DNA from: Balanoglossus misakiensis
Taxonomy: Eukaryota; Animalia; Hemichordata
Reading direction: 5' to 3'
DNA length: 64,000 bases
NCBI GenBank assembly: GCA_040954595.2
Contig: CM082583.2
Coordinates: forward strand, 13,552,391-13,616,390
The notes under the pieces: generated by a model
Told to the model about the DNA's origin: nothing
Databases searched by the model: none
Seen by the model: only the letters and a program-made list of their open reading frames with translations
Translations under genes and position numbers: made by a program
Shown: positions 23,607-63,738 of the stretch, piece by piece
How the letters are laid out: each line of letters starts with the position of its first letter
Position numbering within the stretch: position 1 is the stretch's first letter

Positions 23607-25198
23607 GATCGACCAGGCCACAAAATGGGGTAAGTTCCGAGTATATTGTCGAAGATAAATATCAGGTGACCGCTACTAAACGTCATGTGGCATGATAATC
23701 AAGCCTCAAGGTCATTTACCCCACGAACGCACAAAGTAGGCCAAAAAAGGAGCTGTCAGTGATATACTTCAGATCCTACATCGAAAATCGAAATGTAGGG
23801 TCGAATCACCTCACCAGGTGACTCATGCATGCATGCATGCAAGACCGAGGTAAAGATTGTCGTTTACCAGAAGGTAGTATGCCCTGCTTGGTAGAGTTTT
23901 GTGTTTTATAGAGCTGGGTTAATTTTATTACAAGCTTATTGAGTTCGGCTTTGTAGAATGTACCCCACTTGGCTCCATTTTTATATTTACAATCCAGCCA
24001 TAGGAAGCACGAAATGGTTCAGCACACAAGCATCTGGGTGGTGTTGCATGTTGGGTCACTCTGCAGTCGAGGGGAGACGCACGTGGCTGTTTGGGGTCCG
24101 GGATATACCTCGGTACAGAATAAGAAAGTGCCACGTCATCACAAAGACACACACACACCAATCCTCAGTTGTGTTGTGTATTAAAACTTTATTTTCCCAT
24201 TTCTTTAATTGTAAACACACGAGATTATCAAAATATTAATTGGAAGACAATATGCGATATGCTCCGACCACCCGCTGTAAAACCTTTCCTTTACAGTAGC
24301 CCTAAGTTTATTTTAGAAGATCCGTAGCATTTAGAAATATTCATCAGAATATTTTGATCACAAACTTTCAAATATGAACAATTTGAAAGTTTTACACAAT
24401 AGTATAATAGGATTAATCAAACTATTAATGCGAAACTTTTTAAATATTTTCTATTTACAGCATCAGTTAAATGCGAAAGTTTACAAAATGTCCACTGAAA
24501 TTTTGTTTTCTCTACACACGTATCTTAGAAAGTTGGAAGAACTGATTATTTGAGCAGCTTATTGATCATCAACGTTATAAAAAGTGTTATATCAAAGGAT
24601 CGACAAACATCAACGTACGATAGAAACGTTCTATAGGCCCTACGTTCGGATAAAATTGCACATTTTCGGGTTTAAAGTTGGGAAAATGTTGCTTTCTTGA
24701 TTTTTGTAGGCCTAAGTCTTTAATACCATGATTAATAAACCATTGTTGTACAGTCTACCAACAATCACAATAAAAATAGGATCTTTGACACAGCAGATAT
24801 AAGCATAAGTCACTGAAGGTGCCTTCCCCTATTTAAAAATACTACAAAATCATACAATTGAAGTAGCCCCATCTCTATCGGTCTTTTGATCGAATTCGTC
24901 TTTACAAACAGCGACAGAGATTACAATTTACACACAACCCAGTTACGTATAAGTCGATTTAAGTATATGTGTTTAAATTGAAGTTTATCTAGACTTTCTG
25001 TACAAAAAAGTTCAGTTCACGCGTAGACTTCCAATGAACTGGTTCCTTAAACTGTTTGCGTGTAAACTAAGTTATGATGTAAATATTGCACTTTTTGGTC
25101 ATCCATTCTTTGGAAAGTTAAACAATGATCGGAGAGTAGACATCGAAGGCTGCAGTGTAATTGCGTTTTTGGCAGATTGGTATGGAAGAACATGGATA

Positions 25199-26158
25199 TC
25201 AGATTCTGGTGATTTGGCCTCGCTTTGATTTGTGGCTGGCGTCGTTAAGATCAACATCTACAAGTTGGCTGAAAAGTGAAAGGTAAAAGAAAAGAGAAAG
25301 AAACTTTAATGTCTTATCGTATAATAAGTCAGGGGAGTACAATGCAGGGTAAAGTCGTTGAAGAGCCTGTGTATCTGTTTTTGTTTCGACATTGAAACAT
25401 CAACATCTCATTGAATCAGATTTTATCATTTTTGTCTGGAATATTATTTGGTCGGAATTTTCATATATTTCACCTTTTAGTACCGGATGGAGAAATATAT
25501 TTTGTACATTTTTTATGAATGGATATGATCTGAGTCGGGAGGGTCGCAATTTCAATGATTCCGTAATATATAGATATAGTAATGAATGTAATTTAATTAT
25601 GACGAGATAGACAAATAGACACTGCGTAATATTAGAGGTACTCTCTTTTTTCATCATGTAAACAATAGCCTACATCTCAGTCGAAAATGTGAATAATACG
25701 GGCAATTTCGAACTATAGGTGACCCTAGTTCATTAAAATTAGAATTGAGTACCTTTTTTTCTCAGTGACACTCACTTTCCATTGTCCGTGATGTCGACAT
25801 CATCACCGTCGTCGTCAAAATATTCGAAGTCTCTACGTTCGACTTCAGTTAGGCCTACAGTGTTGGCTTGTGTCACGGATCCGTTTTCTCCATATGAACC
25901 GTTTTCACCTCCAATATATTCCATTTCTTCTTCGTCGTCTGTCGATAGGCGTTGGTGGTGGTCTTTCCGATGCCTCACAAACACAGCAAATGTTCCGATG
26001 GTATATGAAGCTGATACAATAGTCAATACGAGAGACACAATGTAGAGAACGCGATGATCACTAACATATGCGAATATAAAACTTGTTAAAAATAAAGCAG
26101 TCGAAAGGGTCGAGAGAGTACACACTGCGTTGCCCACCATTTTTACTGGGAGACACAT
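25199..26158 (-). CDS. Uncharacterised small membrane protein: two N-terminal hydrophobic segments and an acidic tail
   Basis: ORF 26158-25776 (start 26158 or 26140) ends at GGA AA|gtgagt. It joins in phase to the acceptor ttttcag|C at 25268 (NQLVDVDLNDASHKSKRGQITRI, TGA 25201-25199). No family recognised. Confidence 0.6.
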
Positions 26159-28335
26159 CCGGCAAATAATTCACAGAAATACTGGAAAACGTTTCGTCAT
26201 CAAACACATACTCCGTGGATGTGATGGTTAGAACAAAGCCGTTGTAGTTGCCCTATGCCAATCTGCAGTAAAGATAGGAAACAGACACGATGTGAGATAT
26301 GCAAATTAGCCAACATGTGGTTATGAATAGCACAGCATGCGTGCATGCATTATTAATATTTTAAGCTCGATCAATACATGAGGTCATCGCTCTCAAATAT
26401 CAAATTGAAAATTGACAATGCTCATAAAATTTATCAACTGCGGATAGCCGCTAAATTTTCGTGTTCACTAGCTCTATCAATGCAAAGCTGGTGCAATGAT
26501 TTTTCTTAGTTATCTTATATTAATTTCAAATTAAATTCACGAATAAAATTTCATTAAACAGAGAATAAGCTTATTGATTATACGGATATATTGGAGGTCA
26601 CATTGCGCGTGTACTATTCATCTACATTCAATGAAGGGTTGTACTGGTTTTATAAACGTAACTGAGGACTACAATTTGGTATCATGATATCAATATTGTA
26701 AATTTACCATTTATTGTCGGTTACACTTCCATTAATTTAATCAAAGTTATCCATTGCTACTACCACGCTCATGATGATTTCTTTGCTCTCTTCCGGATTT
26801 TCAGTTCATTCGCCATATGGTTAGGCATGGAAACTATTGCTATTTAGAAATTGCTTGGCTTACAGATTCATGTTCTTTGTTGAGTCGTTGAAATAGTATA
26901 GGGAAATGGACAATTTTCAGTAGAAATTTTGACTGTTGTTGAAGTCATTCCTGAAAAGACTACAAAATAGACGCTGCAATAAAAAATACCCGCAATTGTA
27001 TCTGTAAACGTGCGGCATCTCGTGAGCGAATAGTAGGCCTATACCTTGATATTTGTTGTACAATTCTGCTGTTTATCGCACTTATTATTTTTAAACTTTG
27101 AACTTACCTTAATATCAGTTTCAACCCCAACTTTCTGTGTTAGTGTACTGCACTATCTATTTAATGTCCATCAAATTTAAACTGGAGTAGTTATTGTTCA
27201 TTTGCCGAACATGACGTCACCACACATACCCAACCGACCATGCGGTGTCACAGCTGACAGCAACATTAGTCACATGATCTTTACATCAGTGAATCGCGAC
27301 GTGCCATCAATGGTAGGCAGATAAAAATTATAAATGAATTTAAATTAAATAAATGTAAAGTGTGTGTTAAGGGGAGGATGTGTATATGTGTGTACATGAC
27401 ACAATATTATCATAAATAATGATAAATATCTTTCGAGTACTTCAATTTTATTGTCTAAAATAAAACTAGTGAGACAAACTGTATTTGGAGATCTAAGAAT
27501 GTGCTGCATACATCCTCAAGAAAATATAAAAATAACATTTGCGTAATACTAGTATATAAAATAAACGTAGCTTTAAACACAGAGCTTTTTTTCTGGGCAC
27601 ATCTGTACCGAAATCTTACAATAGAACCACCCACAACCAGCCTCAATGGGTACATGCACAAGAATTGAACTCGCAACTCGTACAACGGAAAAAAAGGATA
27701 CGAAATGTGTCCCTATCAACAAATGGTATCGTCTGCTTTCTTTTAGAAAACAGGTATGCAAACTATGCCAAATCCAAAACACGATTTTGTGTGTAAAATG
27801 CAAACGTACGTAACCACTTTCCCAATCAATGGCGACACCCTAAGAGAGATAGCTGCAGCCTGTCGGAAACTTACGTGTGAGAGTGAGTATGTTCTTCTTT
27901 CTCTTGTTTTATTTAAAAAAGATATTCCCTTCCAGGCAGAGTTACATGGTGATTACTTTCGGAAACAACAAATCCACCTGTACATACAGTGCTTTGAAAA
28001 TGACACTCAGAAACAACCCATTTTTGAAATTCAATTCCCATTTTGTGAAACTGTTTGAAAACACACTCTACAATGTGAAACAGTCATCCCTGGTAGTGGT
28101 GCACAGACAGTCCCGACTGAACAGTCGAACGATCATGGTCACACGACAAAAGAATAATCGTTTGTCGGGATCAAAGTAGAAGACCAGAATTTAAATTTCT
28201 AAAGAGCCTGTTGCATATGATTATTGAAATCCTAATGCATCCGCTTGCTTGATTTTAGGATGCGCTTAGTTTTGGCACTTGACATAAGAGTGTGACAACG
28301 CCTCCACTTACGCCATTAACAGTCTACCCTTAGCC

Positions 28336-30743
28336 ATGGATGTTTCCAATGTAACCAGAGTGTTGACGTTACTTGCATGTATACTAGCAATGACTACAAC
28401 AACGGAGCTTGGACCGGGGTAAGTTATTTTACGATGCTGCGAAATTCTTGATTCGTGGAGGAATTCCACGTTTCTTATGTCCTAGTCACATATCCCAGGC
28501 AAAGTTTTTCATTTCTTTCACTTTCTTTTACTCTCCAATCTGTTGGTTCAGAGTATTTTTAATGATAATTACTACAAAACAAAAGTCTTTGTGCTCAAAG
28601 GCATTTGTTCAGGAGAGACAGAAGTTGCATAAGTACATTTTGTGACGCATAGTGTTTTCCCTGCGACATTGGTTACGCGGGATTGGCCGCACAATTGTCG
28701 TAGTCTTCAGTTCTGTTGTAACCGATGTAATCCATCCATTCAGTTCTATACATCATGTTCCCATTATATTTCATGCATGGTCTGATTGCTTTTGTTACAA
28801 CTTATGCCTATATTTGATATCTATGACGTTTATAACTTTATATCGTTCATTATATAACTCTTCACAACACAGGGAGAACGTGTGTCCTGTTATCGTTACG
28901 TATGTAAGCTACCAAGATATGGCCATAAACATCACCCGACAGGAAAGTTTTCGTGAACAGTGTGATCTGAGTTCACGTGACAATCTATGCACCAAATACA
29001 GGTAAGAGAAATATATCATTCCACTCACGAAAATGACCAAGGAAATCTATTACAGAATGATTTAGGTTTGGCTACACAAATCGTGATTTAATTCCCAATA
29101 GCAATGACGATTTAGACTGTTTGCTTTGTACTTTTGAGGGTGTTATCAAGAAGACAAAGACATACATGTATAATTGATAATAATTGGGTAGATGTTTTTA
29201 TTTAATCGATTGTATAGAATAGGATATCAACTAGTGACGCATCGACTGTCTCGTCTTCAGTATAAAATGGAATATCATTGCTGCGACGGGTACGAGGAAC
29301 GTCCTGTCGACGAAAGCATCGGATGTTTTCCCATAGGTGAGTGTTGCTATGGTGTAATTAGGAAAGCGAGTTTTGTGTTCGATGTTTAGGCAGGTCTCTT
29401 CACGAAAGATACTTTCACTCGACAGACGTTGCTTCTGGACTCTTGTAAGCGTATTTTCAATAAGATTCGTGATCAGAAATAAGGACTGCGCTGTTTTATT
29501 TCTTTCAAGACGAAATTCAAACAAATTGCCAAAACAACAACGGTGGATGTGATCATCTCTGTGCTGAGGTTAACGGCAGAGGGCAGTGTTCATGTGTGCA
29601 AGGATTCAACCTTGGTTGGGATTCGAGATCTTGCACAGGTAAGCACAATGTATTTCATGATAAGTGAGTGTCCAGTCCTACTCAGGTGAGCTACACTCTC
29701 TGTACGGAGAATGAATAACTACGAATGTGACTGAAAACGTTCCCATTTCCTACATTTTCTAAACTGCGATATTTTTGCTCTTGAATGTAACACAGATGTC
29801 AACGAATGCAACGACCAGAGTCATGAGTGCCACCATAACTGTATCAACACCATCGGTGGTTATGTCTGTTCTTGTCGGCCTGGCTATGAACAAAGTGAAA
29901 ACTCCAAAACATGTACTGGTAAGTAGGTCATATTTTCCTTTTCTGCCTATTTTGTCATCGCACACTGCAACTCGCCAGTTAATCTTCTGATTATCGTTGT
30001 TTATCTGTCTTCTCATAGAAATACAGTCAACAGTAGTTTCGACTGACGCCGTTTCAGTGCCTAGAACCACGGTCCCTCCACACACAAATGATGAGCACAA
30101 TACCCAATCGACCGTAACAACATACGCCGTCACAGAACCTACCATAGACGATGACAATAACACCAACATGACGTCATCTGGCAAAACCTCTCTAATATCA
30201 CACCTTTTGATCGGTTGTGCTGCCTTACTTCTCGTTTTTCTTATAGTGATGCTCTTTCTTTTATTCTGTAATAAAAGGTGAGTGTGAACGACAATCTGAG
30301 AACTTTCGAGCATTGAAAATGAATTAAAACCACTAAATACCGTTAGAATGCACAAGAACTGCAGTGACAATGAAGAACAATTATGGGCGTTACTCTATGC
30401 ACTGGACTAAACTCATATCGTGTTGTACGAAATGTGTTTAATTGTATACGTCGCTAAAATTGCTGCTTTAAATTTTTATTTTAGAACTTGCAAGAAGAAA
30501 AGTACAATGGAACGATATCGAGAAGCGGTTGCGAATAGCCATCGTCAAATGAATGTGTACACACTGTACAGCGAGACGTTAATTGAGGAGGCCACGATTG
30601 CGAATGGCGCCATCAACGGAAAGGAATCTATGCACAAGAATGACTCCATAGGTACAGAGAACGGTGATTTCGATAATGCACAGGAAGAGACTACCATCGT
30701 CGAGGGAAATTTTGGTGATAGGATAAAGTTAACTACCGTTTGA
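28336..30743 (+). CDS. Type-I membrane protein: signal peptide, EMI domain, EGF, calcium-binding EGF, Ser/Thr-rich stalk, TM, cytoplasmic tail
   Basis: Exons 28336-28418, 28873-29001 (ENVCPV..C..LCTKYR), 29218-29336 (YHCCDGY), 29510-29638 (CQNNNGGCDHLC..CSCVQGF), 29796-29918 (DVNEC..CINTIGGYVCSCRPGY), 30019-30277 (stalk + LLIGCAALLLVFLIVMLFLLFC), 30485-30743 (..KLTTV*). All GT-AG and phase-consistent. Confidence 0.88.
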
Positions 30744-31008
30744 TGATAATCGGGGGGGGGGGCGATAGAATCGTGATCTACTGACAGGGGTATGATCTCG
30801 TCATTCAACATTACAGTAATATCTAAATGTAAGCCTACAACATAATGGAATATATGTATCGCCAGTTCTCTTAAGTCAAGTTACGGTGATGTGGTACAAT
30901 ATCGTGTACAAAGCCTCAAACCATTGCACAATGGACGACTACTAATGAAACCTTGATCTTCCCTAATTAGGTGCAATGGCAACTAGTCGGCCAAGTTGTC
31001 ATTAGGTT

Positions 31009-34000
31009 TTACAGCTGAATATTATTGTCAGTGTCTCTCAGTAACACCGGCCAATACACCAGGTTAAAGGTTATGAAGCAGATAGGAAATGCATAACGAC
31101 AACATTTGTCAATCCGGAAAGCGCGAGAAACTTCCTCGTGTTGTTTCACTTGTTTTTCGATGTCGAGAGAGTCCTCTGTTCCAGAAGCACGTGCTTGAAA
31201 TCCATTTCCCTGATTTGGGCTGACTTCAATGAGAGCTAGCTCTGCTCCAGCTGACGTTAACACATCCTGGAATTTGATTGTCAAAAAAGTAACATCGTTA
31301 TTTCTAACTTGTTGAGACATTTGATGATTTTAAAGTAATGCTGCGAAAAATTGACGGTTGCGCTGAAAGTAATGCGACAGTCTCAGTACATGTACTGTAC
31401 TATGCAAAAACTCAATAATCACCTTGATTCTGCTTCTTCCGAATCTTTGCAAGCAATAATTGACGCATGCGTATTCAAAAAGTGCCCCAGTAACAAATAT
31501 CAAGCACAGCGCCATCCATACATCTATTGCCTATTAGACGAAAAAGAAAAACATTCCGTTTTGAGGACTGAGACCTGAATGATAGCGACGAGATAATTCT
31601 GTGTTGGAGAAAGAAAGAGACAAATGTCAAGTTTTTAATTTGGCATGATGACATTGTATTGTGAACACGTTATGCCGAGATTGATTGGTTCTTTTGAGCT
31701 CCATATATACAATGCATGCCAATAATGTTTAAACTTACTGTGGCGTATGAAACTTTTGGTAATGCTTCATGTACACCAATGGCCTGTGTAGTTATTGTGA
31801 GAAGTGATGTTATGCACAGTGATATACGTGCCGGTGATGCAAACGGGTTGATGAAAAAGGAAACCCACGACAGAAGCACCAATAGAAAGCTTGGGATGAA
31901 TATAATCAACCAATAATAGCCGAGCTCTCTTCTCAATGTAAAAATCGCCATGATGCAGGTAAAATTTCCTGTGGATATTGTAAAGTAGTTGAAAGAATTG
32001 GTCATTGAACCATCGGGAATGTCAAGAACGTCCATATTAAAAGAAAGTTACAAAGACAAGTCGTAACGGTCAGACCTTGGGCCCCATTTCCAATTATGTA
32101 TAAATTGCATATAATTTAATAGATTGATTTTTTATAACACACCTGTGCACTGGAATGAATGTCAACGCAATTATAGAAAATATGTGTAATAACTGACCGG
32201 TGTAGTAAAGTTTATCACATCGACCGAGTCTGTGATCGGTGACAGTAAACTGTTGCAATTCGAAGATAGTGTCGTTCGTAAGCGGTGTGTCGTCTTTCCA
32301 TTCAAATATGAGTTCTTGAGTTGTGTATCCATCTGCAGCAAGTAGAATGGTTACAATGTTACGCATTCTCAGCTATAGGATAAAATATAGCGAAAATCAT
32401 AAATCTTTAAGTATTTTAACGATTGTACGAAATCGAAAGCTTTCACTATAGTGACAAATAAAAAGGGTGGTAATTCACTTACAGCTCTCCATTTGTAAGT
32501 AACACATTTGCCGATCAAGAGGAAACTTTGAAAATCTCATTGGACAGGCTAAGGTTAATGTCAACCTGTGAAGTGGAGAAAAATGGAAGTAATCACAATG
32601 GCTCTAATGGAAGATTGCTTTGAAAGACTTCAACGTGGTGAGATCATGTGTTTTCCAAAGAACCACTACAAATTTTCAAAAGTACTGAAGTATTTGAATA
32701 TTTTGAGAGCATACACAATATCAACATACTTGTCGTTTTACTAATTGTGTTAGTGGTATTTGAACAAAAACGGACGGCAATCGGTTCTTAGTAAATTATG
32801 GATGAGAATACTCTGTGTTTCTATATCAATTATAAAACCAGATGTGAAATTAATATTCTCACGACCATGTACGTGATTTGAGTACAACTACGGTTCTCGA
32901 GAAACAGACATTCAATATTAATAACCAATAATAAAAATACTGCCTGTCTATATACATGTAAAAGGTGTATTGACTAGTTGACGAAGGCTGTAGGAAAAAC
33001 AGCAATTGATCATAGACCTAAAATATTAAATGATATGACATCATGTTTTTAAGGCATATCAAAGATGTCATTTACTAGACAATGCATTATCCTTGTGAGA
33101 AATTGTTTGTAAGCATATACACTTCATAACCTTAATTTGTTAACTTGGTATAGAAACATTAGCATTTTAAATTTTAGAAGAGTTTGTCACCCTACCGTAC
33201 ACTGTAAAGAACATCGCCGTTTGGCATGAACCGCAGCAGAATATTATCTCTGGTGACGTCGTGAAAATACGCATCTTTTTCGTTTGTGAAAAATAAATCC
33301 GGTATCCATATTTTATCTAACATGAAGGCTGACGGTGGTATATGATTTGTTGTTAGGTTGTATTTCAGACGAGGGTCATTCCAGCGCATGCGCAAGAAAA
33401 TTGTCATCCCGAAATCCTAAATACAACGAAACCGATTAAGAGATTGATAGATTTGCAGGTGAGATATTGCCTTCAGATATAGCAACTTTCAATTCTGCTG
33501 CAAAGTTACAGGCAAAAGACTCTGATAATCGTGATAATACAGATCTTATCCACATCTAAATTATAAATAAGTACAAATCCACCAAAATGGGCATTACGAA
33601 ATGACGTCTCAAATAATAATAAAAAGGCTCTTCGTATCGGCATTAATTATTTGTGACTTAAACAAGCACGACTGGCTGATGTATACTCACCATGGTTACT
33701 TCTTTAATACTGTCAAATCTACTAATATGAATGTCAATATGGATCGTCGTCGGCAGACCTTTAAAGAGACGAGCACTTATGTAATTTTGATAGGGTGGCA
33801 AAAATCGAAATATGCGACTAAGATATAGCTTATGAAAGATTACCAGAGATGATAGCTTATAAAAGCTTATGAAAGATTACAGGGTGGACATATTTGACTT
33901 ACGAGGAATTGCTTTTTAATACTTAGCTTCGTGCCCCGCATTAAGACGATTTGCTGGGAAAACAAGTTACTGTGGATGCGACGCGTTCACTACCGAGACA

Positions 34001-34170
34001 CATAACTCACCATCGAAGTTCGGTCGCAGTCTCCTATCATAGTTGTTCATTAAAGCGTCCAGAAAGAAAGTTGTAGATTTCATGTCATGGGCATCATGAG
34101 AGGGAGAATTCTCTTCTTCCGTGGTGCTGCAGACCAGCAAAAAGAAGAAAACAACGATTTTTAAAATCAT
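31009..34170 (-). CDS. Cys-loop ligand-gated chloride channel, glycine receptor alpha-like subunit
   Basis: Exons 34170-34011 (signal, YDRRLRPNF), 33758-33691, 33416-33196 (FLRMRWNDPRL, IWIPDLFFTNEK), 32565-32483 (Cys loop CPMRFSKFPLDRQMC), 32332-32198, 31968-31739 (loop C CDKLYYTGNFTC completed across the junction, M1, PAR-M2), 31530-31423 (M3 AIDVWM), 31266-31009 (M4, TAA). Confidence 0.93.
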
Positions 34171-36618
34171 TATTAACCATATTGAATTGGTTTATTACAA
34201 TTTGTGATACAGTCCCCTACACCAACTGCATTCGAATAGTGACTTACAAGTTTTCAAATATCATTTATTCATTCTAAAAGAACTATTTACACATGAAAAT
34301 ATCCATAACAGAGGGCATTGCAAAAGGTGAGCTGAAAAAAATAGTATCCGGAGGGTCAGTCATCTGATGACATTATGAAATTTAGCCTTTTCCAATAGTA
34401 CATGTTGTCTTTTTGATAGACTGCTGACCCACGTGACTTTCCGATGTCATACGTGCACGTGTGCCGATATCTATACGTTATGTTACGTTAATTGTTTAAA
34501 CCATCGGCACTTTGATCTCCCTATCAAGAGGAACTTTTCGAACAATGTACAATAACTTTGAACAGACATGTTAACAAGAGTGGCTGAATTCTACGTCCGC
34601 GTGTCATATTTTAGGGAGTCCTTTAGTAAAGCAAGAATAGACCAGGCAGCCAGACAGGTGGCCAGGAAAACCCATCTGTTTTTGCCAAATTTTCACACCC
34701 GGAAAGCTAAACTTCTGCTCTGAAATATGACAATAAAGTGTTATATTGCATTCTTTGCTCTCGGCTTTTGTATGATGTATTATACTTATACATTTACATA
34801 GAGTCAAACCTATTTGAACTGATGCAGAATATTACATCTCTGTAACTTACCTGCTACTCGCAACAGTGCAGTGAAGAAATGTCACAAAAAGAAAGAGACT
34901 GGAAAGACGGAAAGACGACGGGCACATTTTGATGAAGGCAGCTCACTGACACGCCTGATGATACAAGTCACTTCTCGTGGGCAGCGGGATAGCTGATTGT
35001 GTGTAAAAAATGTAGCCTGCATGAGAAACTGCCTCGCATACAACCGCGATATCTGTGGGAATGTATTAGCTGTTTGTACTCTTCGCAACTAATTGGTGAT
35101 GTCGCCTAAATGGATATACCTACTTTTTGAAGGGGTGTGCGGCTAGGCATCAGGTCCTCGGTGTGCTAGAAGTGTGGACTGAGAATAGCGCCAAAATTAG
35201 CTTGTTATCTATATTTGTCGTTTATTCATGTCATCATCATATTAGTTATTTCTGAGGCTAGGTGTCATCCTCAAAAAGACAAAAAATGAGACATAGCCAA
35301 GCGAAGACAAATAAAACAACAATAATTCGGAAATAAAATTATTTTGCCATCTAGTATATATCTATGCTGTTCCGTTGAAACGAAGTTCGCAATTTTTGAC
35401 CGAAAAATAGACGCATTTCAGAAGAGTAATGTATCTCTTTCGCTAATTAGGTTAATGGGTATGATAATCTACCATGACAGTGTCATTTATCACGTAACAA
35501 CTTCATGATCAATAGATATGATGTTATGGCCGATACTCAGTGAGATGGCCGGAATAAACGGGGCTGATATACATAATACTTATATGACCTTCAGGTATTT
35601 GGGATTATCGTCTTACTGTGGCAATTCCGCGACACCTTGTAGCTAAGCGATGCATCTTTTAATTATAAATATTTCAACAATAATATAATGTTCTATTTGA
35701 CTGCCTTTTGCACACAGGTTTCATCCAGGGTTCAGTCACGAGGAAAAAAAAACACACGTGTGTTTGTATCATCTTACAACTTCATATGATTGATTTTTTT
35801 TGCAAAGTTCAATTTGACTTCAGTTACATCTTTACCTTCAATGTGTGGCTAGCGAAGATAATGCACTTTGCAATTAACTGTCTCTTGGCACCTGTGCTTC
35901 GCGTTGTGAAGGAAATGAAAATGTACAAGACTTGCGTCCATTTTTGGTTATTTGATGCTATGGTTTATTAAAACATTGACTGAAGTGGACCGACACAATA
36001 GTATTATATAAACATTAAAAGAGAGATTGAAGATTCGACAAGCTGTATACTGGTAATTAATTGGAATTGGGTGCTTTGCAGACATCGTCCGTCAAATAAT
36101 TAATGCTATCTAACCTGAAGAGAAAATGAAATCATAATGTCATTAATATAAAGGTTGTAGTATGATTAATTTATGCTGATGTGTTAGCCTTTTTGAATAC
36201 AGGCCACTCTTTGCTGAAAACAAATTAATTGGCTAACGTATCTACAATACAGATATTCATGTCCCCCTCTGCCTGTCAATGTACTTTATTAAAGTTATCT
36301 TTGATCATAGATATATATGCCCAAGGTTTGTTAATGCTGAAATTCTGTGTGTACTTATTTCGTGATAAAGAATAATACAACAGAAACTGAAATAAGAAAA
36401 TATTACTGACAGAATCTGCCAGGAATATTCGTGAAAGAAAGTGCATACGAGCTGATTCCCTTCTGGCACATTCTAAATATAACGTAATCAATGATCAGAC
36501 AAAATTAGTTTTGGCGTATGCCTAACGATCAGCAGGAGGCCAGGAAAATAATTAGGAGAACAAATTATTGTCAGTGAATACATCTTAATTAGTGTGAGCC
36601 ACTAATTTCATTTTTATC

Positions 36619-36672
36619 ACGCCATCTAGAGGTTATTTGGATTCAAAAGTTTACCGTCACCTGGTGGCGCTA
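36619..36672. promoter_or_regulatory. Two CTCF-like motifs in divergent orientation upstream of the laminin start
   Basis: Minus strand CCTCTAGATGGCG (36632-36620) and plus strand TCACCTGGTGGCGCTA (36657-36672). Each is 1-2 mismatches from CCACYAGRKGGCR. Confidence 0.35.
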
Positions 36673-36926
36673 TTTCCTTGACGCTATCGGCACAAGTACA
36701 TGTACAACAGTTTGCACAAGCTTGTTGCAGACTCGACTATAGACGGAGGAGTTACTATTGTTTATTGTGCTCGTGTAAACAATGACTGTTTTATCGAATT
36801 TTTCGTTAAACTAGCGTCGAATTGAAACCTGTTGTAGGTGCACAAACGTATTGGATCGGATAATCTTACAGGAGGACCAGAAAGCCCACCGAAAATTTGT
36901 AAAAAAATAGCTGCCACTTAATTTCA

Positions 36927-63738
<26,812 letters not shown>

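Noticed and set aside
252-23715. Exact 15-mer aagcctcaaggtcat (contains the TCAAGGTCA SF-1/ERR site) at 252-266 and 23701-23715, both upstream of minus-strand start codons
   Set aside because: One or two exact 15-mer repeats are expected by chance in 64 kb, and there is no extended similarity.
29759-30370. 203-aa minus-strand ORF, the longest in the track
   Set aside because: It is the antisense shadow of the EGF, stalk and TM exons of the plus-strand gene.
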